Below, piece after piece: positions 1 to 10,154 of a stretch of 64,000 bases of DNA. How positions within the stretch are numbered: the first letter of the stretch is position 1; each line of letters starts with the position of its first letter. The DNA is from Acidobacteriota bacterium (GTDB lineage: Bacteria; Acidobacteriota; Vicinamibacteria; Marinacidobacterales; Marinacidobacteraceae), in NCBI GenBank assembly GCA_022822745.1, contig JAJEAO010000077.1, positions 5,143 through 69,142 on the forward strand. Direction: 5' to 3'. A program made the position numbers and the translations under genes. The notes below the pieces were generated by a model. It was given only the letters and a program-made list of their open reading frames with translations, did not search any database and had not been told where the DNA came from.

Positions 1-1748
1 CGCACCGCGCGATCCTGCTGCCAGCCGTAGTGGATGGCCTTCGCCAGCGCGATGAATGTCGTCGGTGTCGTGATGAGGACATTCTTCCCGACCGCGAAGT
101 CGAACAGGTCGGGATCCGCCTGCATGGCCGTCGAGAAGATGGCTTCGCCCGGCACGAACATCACCACGATGTCGGGCGTCCCGCTGAGCGCGTCCCAGTA
201 GCGCTTGCTGGCGAGGTTTTCCACCTGCGCCCGAACCTGGCGCACGTGGGACTTGAGAGCCCGGGAGCGCTTCTCTTCGTCCGTCGCATCCACGACCCGA
301 AGATAGGCGTCGACCGGCGTCTTGGCATCCACCACGATCGCCTTGTCCCCCGGCAGGTGGAGGATCACGTCGGGACGAAGCGCGCCCTCGCTCCCGGGGA
401 GGGGGGACTGCTCCACGAAGTCCTGTCCGCGCACCAGTCCGGCCGCTTCGAGGACGCGCCGCAACTGGATCTCTCCCCACCGGCCGCGTGCTTCGGGGCG
501 TCGCAGGGCGGTGACCAGGCGCCCTGTCTCCTCCCGGAGCTCGGATTGCCCCTGCTTGAGGGACTGGACCTGCTCGCGGATCGCCTGGTAGGCCCCTTCG
601 CGCTTCGACTCGAGATCGCCCATCTGCTGGTCGAGCTGATCGAGCCGCTTCCGCAACGGGCTGACGAGCTGAGTGATCGCGGCCTGTCGCTTCTCCAGAT
701 CGTCGCCGGCGCTCGATCGGTGCCGTTTGAACTGCTCCTCGGCGAGCCGGAGAAAGTCCTTCCTGCTCTCCCGGAGCGCCTTGTCGGACAGGGCGCCGAA
801 GACCTCCTGCACCTGGTTTTCCAGTTTCCGGAGTTCGTCGAGACGCGCGTTATTGCCCGTCTGCTCGGCCTCCAGCCGTTCCTCGTGCCTGCGCCGCTCG
901 GTCGCCAGTTGCCGGGCGTGGGCCTCGCGCTCGGTGGCGAGGGTGGCTTCGGTCTCGGCCGCGCCGGAGCTGACCTGGAGCAGCTCGGCGTCGAGGCTCG
1001 ATGCGCGGGCCCGCACTTCGGCGAGTTCCTTCTCCAGCTTCGCGATGCGTTCGCCGCCAGCCGCCTCCGCCTTCCCGAGGGTCTCGATCTGCTCCTCCCG
1101 GGCTCGATGCTCGGCGGCCAGTTGGCGGGTGTGGGCTTCGCGCTCGGTGGCGAGCTGGACCGCATGCGCCTCGCGCTCGGTGGCGAGGGTGGCTTCGGCC
1201 TCGGCAGCGCTGGAGCTGACCTGCCGCAGCTCGGATTCGAGGTGCGAGGCTCGGGTCCGGGCCTCGGCGAGTTCCTTCTCCAGCTTCGCGATGCGATCGC
1301 GTGCCTCCTGGGTCGTTCGGCGCTGGGCCTCGAGCCGCTCCACCCCGGCGCGCTGCTCGGTCGCGAGGTGCCGGGCGATTCCTTCGCGCTCCGATTCGAG
1401 GGCGGCCTCGGCCTTCGCCGCGTTCTCGTTCGCCTGGCCGACCTCCCGCGCCCGACGTGCGAGCTCCTCTTCGAGCCCCGGGATCCTTGCCGCGGCCTGT
1501 TCGGCGCGGGCGAGGGACAGGCCCAGTTCCGTGTTCCGCTGTCGTTCCTCTCCGAGCCGGGTTTCGAGCCTCGACTTCTCCTCGGCCAGCTCGTCGAGAG
1601 CCGAGATCCGGCGTTTCCACTCCTCCACCCGAGCTTCCGTTCGTCGCCGTTCCCCTGTCGCGGCGGCGGAGCGGGCCTTGGGCAGGACGACGAACCAGAC
1701 CAGGACGGCGGCGAGCAGGACGCCTCCGAGGAAGAGCGCAAGTTCCAT
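1..1748 (-). CDS. rmuC: DNA recombination protein RmuC (start present, C-terminus runs off the left window edge)
   Basis: Absent from the ORF track because it is open to position 1. My translation from ATG at 1748 gives MELALFLGGVLLAAVLVWFVVL (TM helix), a long Ala/Glu/Arg coiled coil, then GRWGEIQLRRVLEAAGL, PDVILHLPGDKAIVVDAKTP, VMFVPGEAIF and ITTPTTFIALAKAI, which is the conserved RmuC core. Confidence 0.85.
   Translation of the reverse strand, partial: MELALFLGGVLLAAVLVWFVVLPKARSAAATGERRRTEARVEEWKRRISALDELAEEKSRLETRLGEERQRNTELGLSLARAEQAAARIPGLEEELARRAREVGQANENAAKAEAALESEREGIARHLATEQRAGVERLEAQRRTTQEARDRIAKLEKELAEARTRASHLESELRQVSSSAAEAEATLATEREAHAVQLATEREAHTRQLAAEHRAREEQIETLGKAEAAGGERIAKLEKELAEVRARASSLDAELLQVSSGAAETEATLATEREAHARQLATERRRHEERLEAEQTGNNARLDELRKLENQVQEVFGALSDKALRESRKDFLRLAEEQFKRHRSSAGDDLEKRQAAITQLVSPLRKRLDQLDQQMGDLESKREGAYQAIREQVQSLKQGQSELREETGRLVTALRRPEARGRWGEIQLRRVLEAAGLVRGQDFVEQSPLPGSEGALRPDVILHLPGDKAIVVDAKTPVDAYLRVVDATDEEKRSRALKSHVRQVRAQVENLASKRYWDALSGTPDIVVMFVPGEAIFSTAMQADPDLFDFAVGKNVLITTPTTFIALAKAIHYGWQQDRAV
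933..1295. repeat. In-frame 246-bp direct duplication inside the rmuC coiled coil (copies 933-1049 and 1179-1295)
   Basis: Two about 117-bp near-identical segments (ggtggcgagggtggcttcgg...gagttccttctccagcttcgcgatgcg) lie exactly 246 bp (82 codons) apart. The protein reads RIAKLEKELAE.R.RAS.L..EL.QVSS.AAE.EATLATEREAH twice. Confidence 0.8.
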
Positions 1749-1870
1749 GAGGCCAGTATCGGGGAAGGGGAGGACAGAACCTGACCGGGCCGGATTCCGT
1801 CGGGATCGGCCTTCCAGTCCGGCTCAGGCCGGGGGACGGTCGTCAGCCGGAGCGTGCTTCTGGAATCGGG

Positions 1871-2713
1871 TCAGCGCTTTCGCCGCAGGCGGTCGTAGGC
1901 GGGGGCGATGCGGCGGGGCGGGATCCCGGCGAGCCACGCGAGAAGGGTCGCGTAGTCGAGCGCGGCGGTGAGCGCGCCCCCGAGCCGCCGCCAGTGCTCG
2001 TCTCCGGTCGTCACCGGCGAGGTCGCGGGCCGCAACCGCCCGAACGCCCGGAGGCGGCGCGCGAACCCGGCGTCCTCCATGATCGGTTCCTCGGGAAACC
2101 CGGCGACCGCATCGAAGGCGCTTCGCCGACAGAAGATGGCCTGATCCCCGTAGGGCAGGCGAAGGAGTCGGGCCCGGAGGTTCGCCCCCCGAGCCCCGGC
2201 CCGGAGGAGCCGGCTCGCCGAGTCCACCCGCTGGGGGAACCAGCCGCCGACGACCTCCGGGCGGGCGAGCGCTCCGGCCACCTGTTCGGCGGCGTCCGGC
2301 GGGAGGCGGCAGTCGGCGTGGAGAAAGAGGAGCGCGTCTCCACCGGCCTCCCGGGCGCCGGCGTTCAGTTGCCGGGCGCGCCCCGGGAGGCAGCGCAGCA
2401 CGCGGGCGCCGGCGGACCTCGCGATGGCGGCGGTCCGATCGGAGCTGCCCCCGTCCACGACGACCACCTCGGCTTCGGAGGGCGTCGAGCGGATGGCGGC
2501 CTCCACATCGGATGCGGCGTCGAGCGTCGGGATCACGACGGCGAGGCGAAGCGGCCGGGGTCGCTGGGGGCCGCCGTCCCGATGCCGGGGAGGGGCGGCG
2601 CGAGGGTCGGGGAACGTGTGGTCTTTACCTCCGGGCGGGTCGCCCGGTAGAATTCTGCCTGTCTCCAGCGCCCCGCGGGCGCTTCGGATCTTCATGGGCG
2701 AATACCTCGGCAT
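1871..2713 (-). CDS. Family 2 glycosyltransferase (start uncertain)
   Basis: LAVVIPTLDAASDVEAAI, VVVDGGSSDRT, LLFLHADCRLP and LPYGDQAIFCRRSAF fit the GT2 fold. The first 60 aa are Pro/Arg-rich and overlap nuoA on the other strand. An in-frame GTG at 2536 (VIPTLD) is a plausible true start. Confidence 0.7.
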   Translation of the reverse strand: MPRYSPMKIRSARGALETGRILPGDPPGGKDHTFPDPRAAPPRHRDGGPQRPRPLRLAVVIPTLDAASDVEAAIRSTPSEAEVVVVDGGSSDRTAAIARSAGARVLRCLPGRARQLNAGAREAGGDALLFLHADCRLPPDAAEQVAGALARPEVVGGWFPQRVDSASRLLRAGARGANLRARLLRLPYGDQAIFCRRSAFDAVAGFPEEPIMEDAGFARRLRAFGRLRPATSPVTTGDEHWRRLGGALTAALDYATLLAWLAGIPPRRIAPAYDRLRRKR

Positions 2714-3122
2714 CCTCGTAGCGACCGTCTTCGGCGTGGCCTTCGTCGCGGTGACGCTGGCTGTTTCCTCGCTCGTCCGCCCGGTGAATCCTCTCCCGGC
2801 GAAGGCGATGCCGTACGAGTGCGGCGAAAACCCGGTCGGGACGCCGTGGGGGGTTCAGTTCAACATCCGGTTCTACGTGTTCGCGCTCGTGTTCCTCATC
2901 TTCGACGTGGAAGCGGTGATGCTGCTTCCGTGGGCCCTCGCCTACCTCGACCTCGGCCCGGGCGCCCTCGCAGCCGGGTTGCTGTTCCTCGGGATGCTGG
3001 TGCTCGGGCTCGCCGACGTCTGGGTGAAGGGCGATCTCGAATGGGTGCGCACCGAGGAGCGGCGCGCCCTGAAGCGCCGCGGCGCCTCTCCGGCGGCGGC
3101 CCCGACGGGAGGCTCGGCCTGA
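2694..3122 (+). CDS. nuoA: NADH-quinone oxidoreductase subunit A
   Basis: ATG at 2694 within ORF 2424..3122. Motifs: [27 protein letters not shown] and [22 protein letters not shown]. Confidence 0.9.
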   Translation: MGEYLGILVATVFGVAFVAVTLAVSSLVRPVNPLPAKAMPYECGENPVGTPWGVQFNIRFYVFALVFLIFDVEAVMLLPWALAYLDLGPGALAAGLLFLGMLVLGLADVWVKGDLEWVRTEERRALKRRGASPAAAPTGGSA

Positions 3123-3183
3123 GCCGCCCGAGGGCGGCGAAAGGCGACGCGTTCCCGGCTCGGGATCAGGGAAGGACGACGAT

Positions 3184-3719
<536 letters not shown>

Positions 3720-3723
<4 letters not shown>

Positions 3724-4271
3724 CCGGCGCCGGAATCATCGAGCGGCTGGCCGCGCGCCTCGCCCTCGGGGACGGAGCCTTCGAGGCGGACGCCGAGGCA
3801 GCCGACCCCTGGATCCGACTCCCGGGCGAACGCCTCCTCGAGGCGGCGAAGTTCCTCAAGTCGGATCCCGAGCTCGACTTCGACACGCTGCATTGCCTCT
3901 CGGGGGTGGACTGGCCGAAGGCCGATCCGCCCGCGATCGAAGTCGTGTACCACCTGTTCTCGCTGACCCGGAAGCACTGGATCGTGCTCAAGGTCCGGGT
4001 TCCCCGTTCGGGCGGGCGCCTGCCCACGCTGGAGGGCGTGTGGAAGGCGGCGAACTGGCACGAGCGCGAGACCTGGGACCTGTTCGGCGTGCGGTTCGAG
4101 GGACACTCCGACCATCGCCGGATCCTCCTTCCGGCGGACTGGCCCGGCCACCCGCTGCTTCGGGACTGGGAGTGGCCCGACACATGGCACAAGATCCCCG
4201 TGAAGCCCGGTCGCCAGATGCACGAGCGAGCCGAGACCGGCCAGATGAGCGGCGTGGGGCCCTTCGACTGA
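3720..4271 (+). CDS. nuoC: NADH-quinone oxidoreductase subunit C
   Basis: GTG at 3720 overlaps the nuoB stop (GTGA). Motifs: [31 protein letters not shown]. Confidence 0.85.
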
Positions 4272-4338
4272 ACCCCGTGCGCCGAATGAAGCCGAACCCG
4301 GTCCCGTCCGGCGCGAACCCGCCCGGAGTTCGCTCGCG

Positions 4339-5565
4339 ATGAGTTCTCCGCGCCTCCCCGGGTCCACCGGGTTCGACGGAGCTCCGACCGTCACGCTCTA
4401 CGACGAGGATCTGCCGCCCGACAACTCCTACGCGTTCTCGCCCGACGAGCTCGAAGAGGACGAGATGATCCTCAACATGGGGCCCCAGCACCCCTCGACC
4501 CACGGGGTGCTGCGGATCGAGCTCAAGACCGACGGCGAGATCATCAAGGACAGCCGCCCCCACATCGGCTACCTGCACCGCAACTTCGAGAAGCACGCCG
4601 AGAACATCGATTACCAGGGCGTCATCCCGTTCACCGACCGGATGGACTACGTGGGGTCCATGGGCAACAGCCTCGCCTACGCCCTGACGGTCGAGAAGCT
4701 CCTCGGCATCACGGTCGGCGAGCGGGTCGCCTGCATCCGGATCATCACCGCCGAGCTCCAGCGCATCGCCAGCCACCTCCTCGCGATGGGCACCTACGGG
4801 ATGGACATCGGGGCGTTCACCCCGTTCCTCCTCTGCTTCCAGCAGCGCGAGCGGGTTCTCGACCTGTTCGAATGGCTGTGCGGCGCCCGCCTGCTCTACA
4901 ACTACAACTGGGTGGGCGGCGTATCCCACGACCTTCCCGACGGCTGGACCGACCGCTGCGGTCGCTTCCTCGACGAGTTCGTTCCCGTGCTCGACGAAGT
5001 GGACCGGCTCCTCAGCCACAACAAGATCTTCATCCGCCGGACGGGCGACGTCGGGATCATCCCGCCGGAGATGGCGCGCGACTACGCGCTCTCCGGGCCG
5101 AACCTGCGCGGATCGGGAATCTCGTGGGATCTTCGTCGGGACGACCCCTACCTCGGCTACGAGGACTACGACTTCGACGTCATCACCGGGACCGGGGCGC
5201 ACGGGCCCATCGGCTCGTGCTGGGACCGCTACTTCGTCCGGGTCCGGGAGATGTACGAGAGCGTCAGGATCGTCCGCCAGGCGCTCGAGCGGTTGCCGGC
5301 GGAGGGGGATGTTCGCGAGAACGTGCCCCGCTTCATCCGTCCGTCTGCAGGCGAGGCCTACTGTCGCAGCGAGGCGCCCCGCGGCGAGCTCGGCTTCTAC
5401 ATCGTGGCCGACCAGAAGAAGCCGATCCCGTACCGGGTGAAGGGACGCTCTCCCTGCTTCGTGGCCATGGGCCTGTTCCACGAGATCACTCGGGGCGAGA
5501 TGATCGCGGACATCATCGCGATCATCGGCAGCCTCGACATCGTCCTGGGAGAAATCGACCGGTGA
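4339..5565 (+). CDS. nuoD: NADH-quinone oxidoreductase subunit D
   Basis: [29 protein letters not shown] and [12 protein letters not shown] are present. C-terminal DIVLGEIDR. Confidence 0.95.
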   Translation: MSSPRLPGSTGFDGAPTVTLYDEDLPPDNSYAFSPDELEEDEMILNMGPQHPSTHGVLRIELKTDGEIIKDSRPHIGYLHRNFEKHAENIDYQGVIPFTDRMDYVGSMGNSLAYALTVEKLLGITVGERVACIRIITAELQRIASHLLAMGTYGMDIGAFTPFLLCFQQRERVLDLFEWLCGARLLYNYNWVGGVSHDLPDGWTDRCGRFLDEFVPVLDEVDRLLSHNKIFIRRTGDVGIIPPEMARDYALSGPNLRGSGISWDLRRDDPYLGYEDYDFDVITGTGAHGPIGSCWDRYFVRVREMYESVRIVRQALERLPAEGDVRENVPRFIRPSAGEAYCRSEAPRGELGFYIVADQKKPIPYRVKGRSPCFVAMGLFHEITRGEMIADIIAIIGSLDIVLGEIDR

Positions 5566-5588
5566 TCACCCGCTTCCGCCAGGTCGAA

Positions 5589-6713
5589 ATGCGGCTCATG
5601 GGGCCGCTGACCGCGATCCCGATCGTGCTCGCGACAGTCGTGCTCGTGACGATCGCGGCGCTGCCGTTCGTGTCGGCCGTGCTCTCCGAGTGGATTCGGG
5701 ATGCGGTTCCGGCGGGCCTGCAGCACGCCGTCGCGGTCACGCTCGGCACTGTCGGGTTCGTCGCGGTGCTGGCGCTGAACCCGATCTACGCGATCTGGCT
5801 CGAACGGAAGGTGGCGGCCCATGTCCAGGATCGGCTGGGGCCGATGCGGGTCGGATGGCACGGCCTGCTGCAGAGCTTCGCCGACGGCGTCAAGCTGCTG
5901 TTCAAGGAGGACCTGGTCCCGAAGGACGCGGACCGGGTGCTGTTCCGACTTGCGCCCATGGTCGCGATCGCCGGCGCCTTCGCGGCGTTCGTCGTCATCC
6001 CGTGGGGCGTGCGCGCGGACGGGGCCGTGCTCGCGGTCTCGAACCTGAACATCGGCGTCCTCTACTTCATCGCGATCACCTCGATCGGGGCGCTCTCGGT
6101 GCTGATGGCGGGCTGGGGATCGAACAACAAGTACGCCCTCTACGGGGGCATGCGCGCCGCCGCGCAGATGGTCAGCTACGAGATCCCGACCGCCATCCTG
6201 GTTCTCGTGGTCGTGGCGCAGGTCGGGAGCCTCTCGCTCCCCGAGATCGTGGCTGCGCAGGCGGGGGGCTTCCTCGGGATCTCCAACTGGCTCGTCTTCC
6301 AGCTCTTCCCGCTGAATCTGATCGCGTTCGTCCTGTTCTTCATCTGCGGTCTCGCCGAGACGAACCGCACGCCGTTCGACATCCCGGAGGCGGAGTCGGA
6401 GCTCGTCGCCGGGTTCCACACCGAGTACAGCGGGATGCGCTTCGCGTTCTTCTTCCTGGCCGAATACGGGAACATGCTGCTGATCTCGATGCTGGCGGCG
6501 CTCCTGTTCCTCGGCGGCTGGGTGGGTCCGGTGGGGTCGAATCCGCTCCTGCTGTTCGCCAAGGCGTTCGGCCTCGTGGTGGTGCAGATGTGGCTCCGCT
6601 GGACCCTGCCGCGGCTTCGGGTGGACCAGCTCATGGCGGTCTGCTGGAAGTACGTCATCCCGATTTCCTTCTTCCTCCTCGTCGTCGTCGCGGTGCTGAA
6701 GAGCATCCTCTGA
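5589..6713 (+). CDS. nuoH: NADH-quinone oxidoreductase subunit H
   Basis: [78 protein letters not shown] at 5589. An alternative GTG at 5562 overlaps the nuoD stop (GTGA). Confidence 0.9.
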   Translation: MRLMGPLTAIPIVLATVVLVTIAALPFVSAVLSEWIRDAVPAGLQHAVAVTLGTVGFVAVLALNPIYAIWLERKVAAHVQDRLGPMRVGWHGLLQSFADGVKLLFKEDLVPKDADRVLFRLAPMVAIAGAFAAFVVIPWGVRADGAVLAVSNLNIGVLYFIAITSIGALSVLMAGWGSNNKYALYGGMRAAAQMVSYEIPTAILVLVVVAQVGSLSLPEIVAAQAGGFLGISNWLVFQLFPLNLIAFVLFFICGLAETNRTPFDIPEAESELVAGFHTEYSGMRFAFFFLAEYGNMLLISMLAALLFLGGWVGPVGSNPLLLFAKAFGLVVVQMWLRWTLPRLRVDQLMAVCWKYVIPISFFLLVVVAVLKSIL

Positions 6714-6771
6714 GCCGCTCCGCCCTCCCGAACCCCAACCACTCGCCCCCTCGTATCCCCAGGACCCACGC

Positions 6772-7296
6772 ATGAAGCGCTATTTCCTCGACATCTGGGA
6801 GAGCCTCAGTACCGTCCTGATCGGCATGGGGGTCACCCTGCGCCATCTGTTCACCCGGTCGGTCACCCAGCAGTACACGGCCGACGAACTCCCGGAGGAG
6901 CGCTGGAAGTCGCCGCTCGACATCCCGAAGGAGTCGCTCATGGAGCGCTCCCGGATGCGGCTCCACGTCAAGATCGAGGACTGCATCGGCTGCAAGCAGT
7001 GCGAGCGGGCCTGTCCGGTGGACTGCATCCACATCGAGAACGAGAAGCGTCTCCGCACCTCTCCGCCGATCTTCGCGGCCACCGGGAGGGCGATCAAGCA
7101 GACCGTGGTTCAGTTCGACATCGACATGTCGCTGTGCTGCTACTGCCAGCTCTGCGTCTTCCCCTGTCCCACGGACTGCATCCAGATGACCCCCAACTTC
7201 GAGTTCGGCGGCGCGGCGAAGGGCGATCTGCTCTACCGCTTCGCCAAGGAACCGCGCACCGCGGCCGCTCCGACTCCCCCGGCGGCGGGCCGCTGA
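6772..7296 (+). CDS. nuoI: NADH-quinone oxidoreductase subunit I (2x[4Fe-4S])
   Basis: CIGCKQCERACPVDCI and CCYCQLCVFPCPTDCI. Confidence 0.9.
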   Translation: MKRYFLDIWESLSTVLIGMGVTLRHLFTRSVTQQYTADELPEERWKSPLDIPKESLMERSRMRLHVKIEDCIGCKQCERACPVDCIHIENEKRLRTSPPIFAATGRAIKQTVVQFDIDMSLCCYCQLCVFPCPTDCIQMTPNFEFGGAAKGDLLYRFAKEPRTAAAPTPPAAGR

Positions 7297-7315
7297 GCAG
7301 GCAACGGGAGGTTCC

Positions 7316-7822
7316 ATGGACATGACCGCAGCGCAGGTCGTCTTCTACGGCGCCTGTCTGGTGATGCTGGGCTCGGCCCTCTATGTCGTGCTCGGCCGGA
7401 ACCTGGTGCACTGCGCCTTCGCGCTGGTCGCGACGCTGGTCGGAGTCGCGGCGTTCTACGTGTTCCTCGGGGCCGACTTCCTCGCCGGAGCGCAGGTGCT
7501 CATCTACGTGGGCGGCATCCTGACCCTTCTCCTGTTCGGGGTGATGCTCACGAACCGGATCTACGACCTGAAGATCTCGACCGGGGCGGTTCAGGTGTTT
7601 CCGGGCGCGGTGGCCGCCGGCCTCGTGTTCGCGGTGCTGGTCTGGATCATCCGCTCGGTGGACTGGAACGCGATGGACACCGGCGCCCCCGGTCCCACGA
7701 GCGAGCCGCTCGGGAAGCTGCTCATCGGCGACTACCTGCTGCCCTTCGAGATCGCGTCGGTTCTCCTGCTCATCGCGCTGATGGGGGCCGCGATGCTGGT
7801 CCGGCGGAGGACCCGGCCGTGA
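7316..7822 (+). CDS. nuoJ: NADH-quinone oxidoreductase subunit J
   Basis: Hydrophobic 168-aa protein with GAQVLIYVGGILTLLLFGVML and LPFEIASVLLLIALMGA, in the expected operon position. Confidence 0.85.
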   Translation: MDMTAAQVVFYGACLVMLGSALYVVLGRNLVHCAFALVATLVGVAAFYVFLGADFLAGAQVLIYVGGILTLLLFGVMLTNRIYDLKISTGAVQVFPGAVAAGLVFAVLVWIIRSVDWNAMDTGAPGPTSEPLGKLLIGDYLLPFEIASVLLLIALMGAAMLVRRRTRP

Positions 7823-8124
7823 TTCCGCTCGAGCACTACCTCATCGTCTCGGCCGCCCTCTTCTCGGTGGGCGTCTTCGGCATCCTGACCCGCCGGAACG
7901 CGGTGAACGTCCTCATGTGCATCGAGTTGATCTTCAACTCGGCGAACATCAATCTCGTGGCTTTCTCCCGCTTCATCGAGGGCGCGCTCGGCGGACAGGT
8001 GTTCGCGCTCCTCGTGATCGTGGTGGCGGCCTGCGAAGCGGCGGTCGCCCTCGCCATCGTGATGTCGCTCTACCGCATCACGAAGCAGGTCAACCTGGAC
8101 AAGGCCGCGGAGCTGAAGGGGTAG
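7819..8124 (+). CDS. nuoK: NADH-quinone oxidoreductase subunit K
   Basis: GTG at 7819 overlaps the nuoJ stop. 101 aa, with LMCIELIFNSANINLVAF and AACEAAVALAIV. Confidence 0.9.
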   Translation: MIPLEHYLIVSAALFSVGVFGILTRRNAVNVLMCIELIFNSANINLVAFSRFIEGALGGQVFALLVIVVAACEAAVALAIVMSLYRITKQVNLDKAAELKG

Positions 8125-8128
8125 CCCG

Positions 8129-9613
8129 GTGTCCGACGCACTCGCCAGCCTGGGACGCTTCCTCCCCGAGCTCCTCCTCATGGGGGCGCTCGCCGTGGTC
8201 ATCGTCGCCGACCTCGCCACGCAAGCGTGGTCCCTCGCCAGGAGCCGCAACCTGTTGGTCGGGCTGACGCTCGCCGGCCTCGGAGCGGCGTTCGTCGCCT
8301 CGCTCGGCGAGCCGGGCGGCGGCAGCCTGTTCGCTTCCATGATCGCGGACGACGGGCTCCTCGGCGTCCTTCGACCGCTGTTCGCGCTGACGGCGATCTT
8401 CACGCTGCTCTTCAGCCTGCGGGCGAAGGAGCTCGACGGCGCGCGAATGGGCGAGATGGTCGCGCTGCTGCTGACTGTCACCGCCGCCCTGATGTGGATG
8501 GCCGGGTCCGTGAACCTGGTGATGATCTACCTCTCGCTCGAGACCGTCTCGGTGGCGTCCTACATCATGGTCGGCTACCGGAGTTCGGACCGCCTCTCGA
8601 ACGAGGCGTCGCTCAAGTACATCCTGTTCGGCGCCGTCTCGACCGGCGTGATGCTGTTCGGGCTGTCGCTGCTCTACGGCCTCACCGGAACCCTCGATCT
8701 CTACGGCGTTCGGGCCGCGCTCGCGGCCGAAGACGCCGGCCCGGCTCTGATCCTCGTCCTGCTCCTCGTGGCGGGAGGCATCGGCTTCAAGATCGCCGCC
8801 GTTCCGTTCCACTTCTGGTGCCCCGACGTGTACACCGGGGCGTCCACGCCGGTTACCGCGTTCCTGTCGGTGGGCCCGAAAGCCGCCGGGTTCGCGGTGC
8901 TCATCCGCTTCTTCTATTCCGGAATCGCGCAGCCGGGCGCCGACGGAACCTTCGCCGCGGTCGGCGGCGTGGACTGGCAGGGACTGATCATCGTCCTCGC
9001 CGTGGTCACGATGACGCTCGGGAATGTGGCGGCGCTGCTCCAGACGAACATGAAGCGGCTGCTCGCCTACTCCTCGATCGCGCACGCCGGGACGATCCTG
9101 ATCGGCGCCGCGGCCCTGAGCTCGGAAGGGATCGGGGCCATCGTCACGTATCTCGTCATCTACCTGTTCATGAACCTGGGCGCCTTCCTCGTCGTGATCC
9201 TGGTGCACCGGGTCACCGGGACGTTCGAGCTGGAGGGCTACGCCGGGTTCTGGAAGCGGTCGCCCCTGCTGACGGTCGCGATGGGGATCTTCCTCTTCTC
9301 GCTCATGGGGATCCCCCCGTTCGCCGGTTTCTTCGCCAAGCTGTATGTCTTCGCGGCGGCCGTCGAGGCGGAACTCGGCTGGCTGGCGGTCGTCGGCGTC
9401 CTGAACAGCGCCGTGGCGGCCTTCTACTACATCAAGGTGCTCCGGATCATGGCCGTGGATCCGGGCGACGGCGAACTCCCCGCCCTGCGCTTCAGTCGGC
9501 TCGACGGAGCGCTGCTGCTTGCCCTCGTGACGCCCAACGTCGTTGGGATACTATTCGGAGGCGCGCTGGAGCAGATCAGCGAGATCGCTCAGAGGCTGCT
9601 CGATCTGGCCTGA
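8129..9613 (+). CDS. nuoN: NADH-quinone oxidoreductase subunit N
   Basis: 494 aa. GFKIAAVPFHFWCPDVYTGASTPVTAFL and MKRLLAYSSIAHAGTILIG match the N-type antiporter-like subunit rather than L or M. Confidence 0.85.
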   Translation: MSDALASLGRFLPELLLMGALAVVIVADLATQAWSLARSRNLLVGLTLAGLGAAFVASLGEPGGGSLFASMIADDGLLGVLRPLFALTAIFTLLFSLRAKELDGARMGEMVALLLTVTAALMWMAGSVNLVMIYLSLETVSVASYIMVGYRSSDRLSNEASLKYILFGAVSTGVMLFGLSLLYGLTGTLDLYGVRAALAAEDAGPALILVLLLVAGGIGFKIAAVPFHFWCPDVYTGASTPVTAFLSVGPKAAGFAVLIRFFYSGIAQPGADGTFAAVGGVDWQGLIIVLAVVTMTLGNVAALLQTNMKRLLAYSSIAHAGTILIGAAALSSEGIGAIVTYLVIYLFMNLGAFLVVILVHRVTGTFELEGYAGFWKRSPLLTVAMGIFLFSLMGIPPFAGFFAKLYVFAAAVEAELGWLAVVGVLNSAVAAFYYIKVLRIMAVDPGDGELPALRFSRLDGALLLALVTPNVVGILFGGALEQISEIAQRLLDLA

Positions 9614-9654
9614 GCCGGCGCTCTCCCTCTCTTCTCTCTCCAAGATCGCTTCCC

Positions 9655-9661
9655 AAGGAGG
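9655..9661 (+). promoter_or_regulatory. Shine-Dalgarno (AAGGAGG) for the ferredoxin gene
   Basis: AAGGAGG lies 12 nt upstream of the ATG at 9674. Confidence 0.5.
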
Positions 9662-9673
9662 CCTTTCGCATCC

Positions 9674-9931
9674 ATGTCCTACTGGATTGCTGAGCCGTGC
9701 ATCGGAACCAAGGACACCGCCTGCGTGGATGTCTGCCCGGTGGACTGCATTCACCCGACGCCCGACGAAGATGACTTCGAGGATGTCGAACAGCTCTACA
9801 TCGACCCGGACACGTGCATCGACTGCGGCGCCTGCGAGCCCGCCTGCCCGGTGACGGCCATCTTCCCCGACGAAGAGCTCCCCGAGGAGTGGGACGAGTA
9901 CCGGGACATCAACACCGAGTTCTACCTCTGA
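9674..9931 (+). CDS. fdxA: 7Fe-type ferredoxin ([3Fe-4S][4Fe-4S] pattern)
   Basis: CIGTKDTACVDVCPVDCIHP followed by CIDCGACEPACPVTAI. 85 aa. Confidence 0.85.
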   Translation: MSYWIAEPCIGTKDTACVDVCPVDCIHPTPDEDDFEDVEQLYIDPDTCIDCGACEPACPVTAIFPDEELPEEWDEYRDINTEFYL

Positions 9932-10154
9932 GGGGCCGGATCGCCGCTCTCCGGCGCGGCGCCTCCGGTCGGTAGCCTGTTCCGGGGCATCGCCCTTCGC
10001 CTCCGGTTCCCGGCCGAATCTCGGGGCCGCGTCGCGCAATGGAGCGCCCCTCTCCCGGACGGTGCTTCCGGACCCGGGCCGGGCTGCGGTCAGCGGATTC
10101 GCCTCGCCACGCAACCGACTCCCTGACGCTTCGGTGGGTTCTTCCGTGAGCGGG

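Noticed and set aside
30-1971. ORFs 30..1784(+), 365..1741(-), 673..1971(+), 850..1620(-) and 1301..1750(+)
   Set aside because: All overlap the rmuC frame. Their translations are Arg/Pro/Ser/Gly-rich low-complexity strings typical of off-frame reads of GC-rich coding DNA, whereas the unlisted minus frame gives a clean RmuC sequence.
3988-9208. Long antisense ORFs across the nuo cluster (3988..5481-, 5397..6773-, 5690..6775+, 8090..9208-, 8227..9693+)
   Set aside because: They are antisense or frame-shifted shadows of unambiguous nuoD/H/N genes. Their composition is dominated by R, P, G, D and E, with no motifs.
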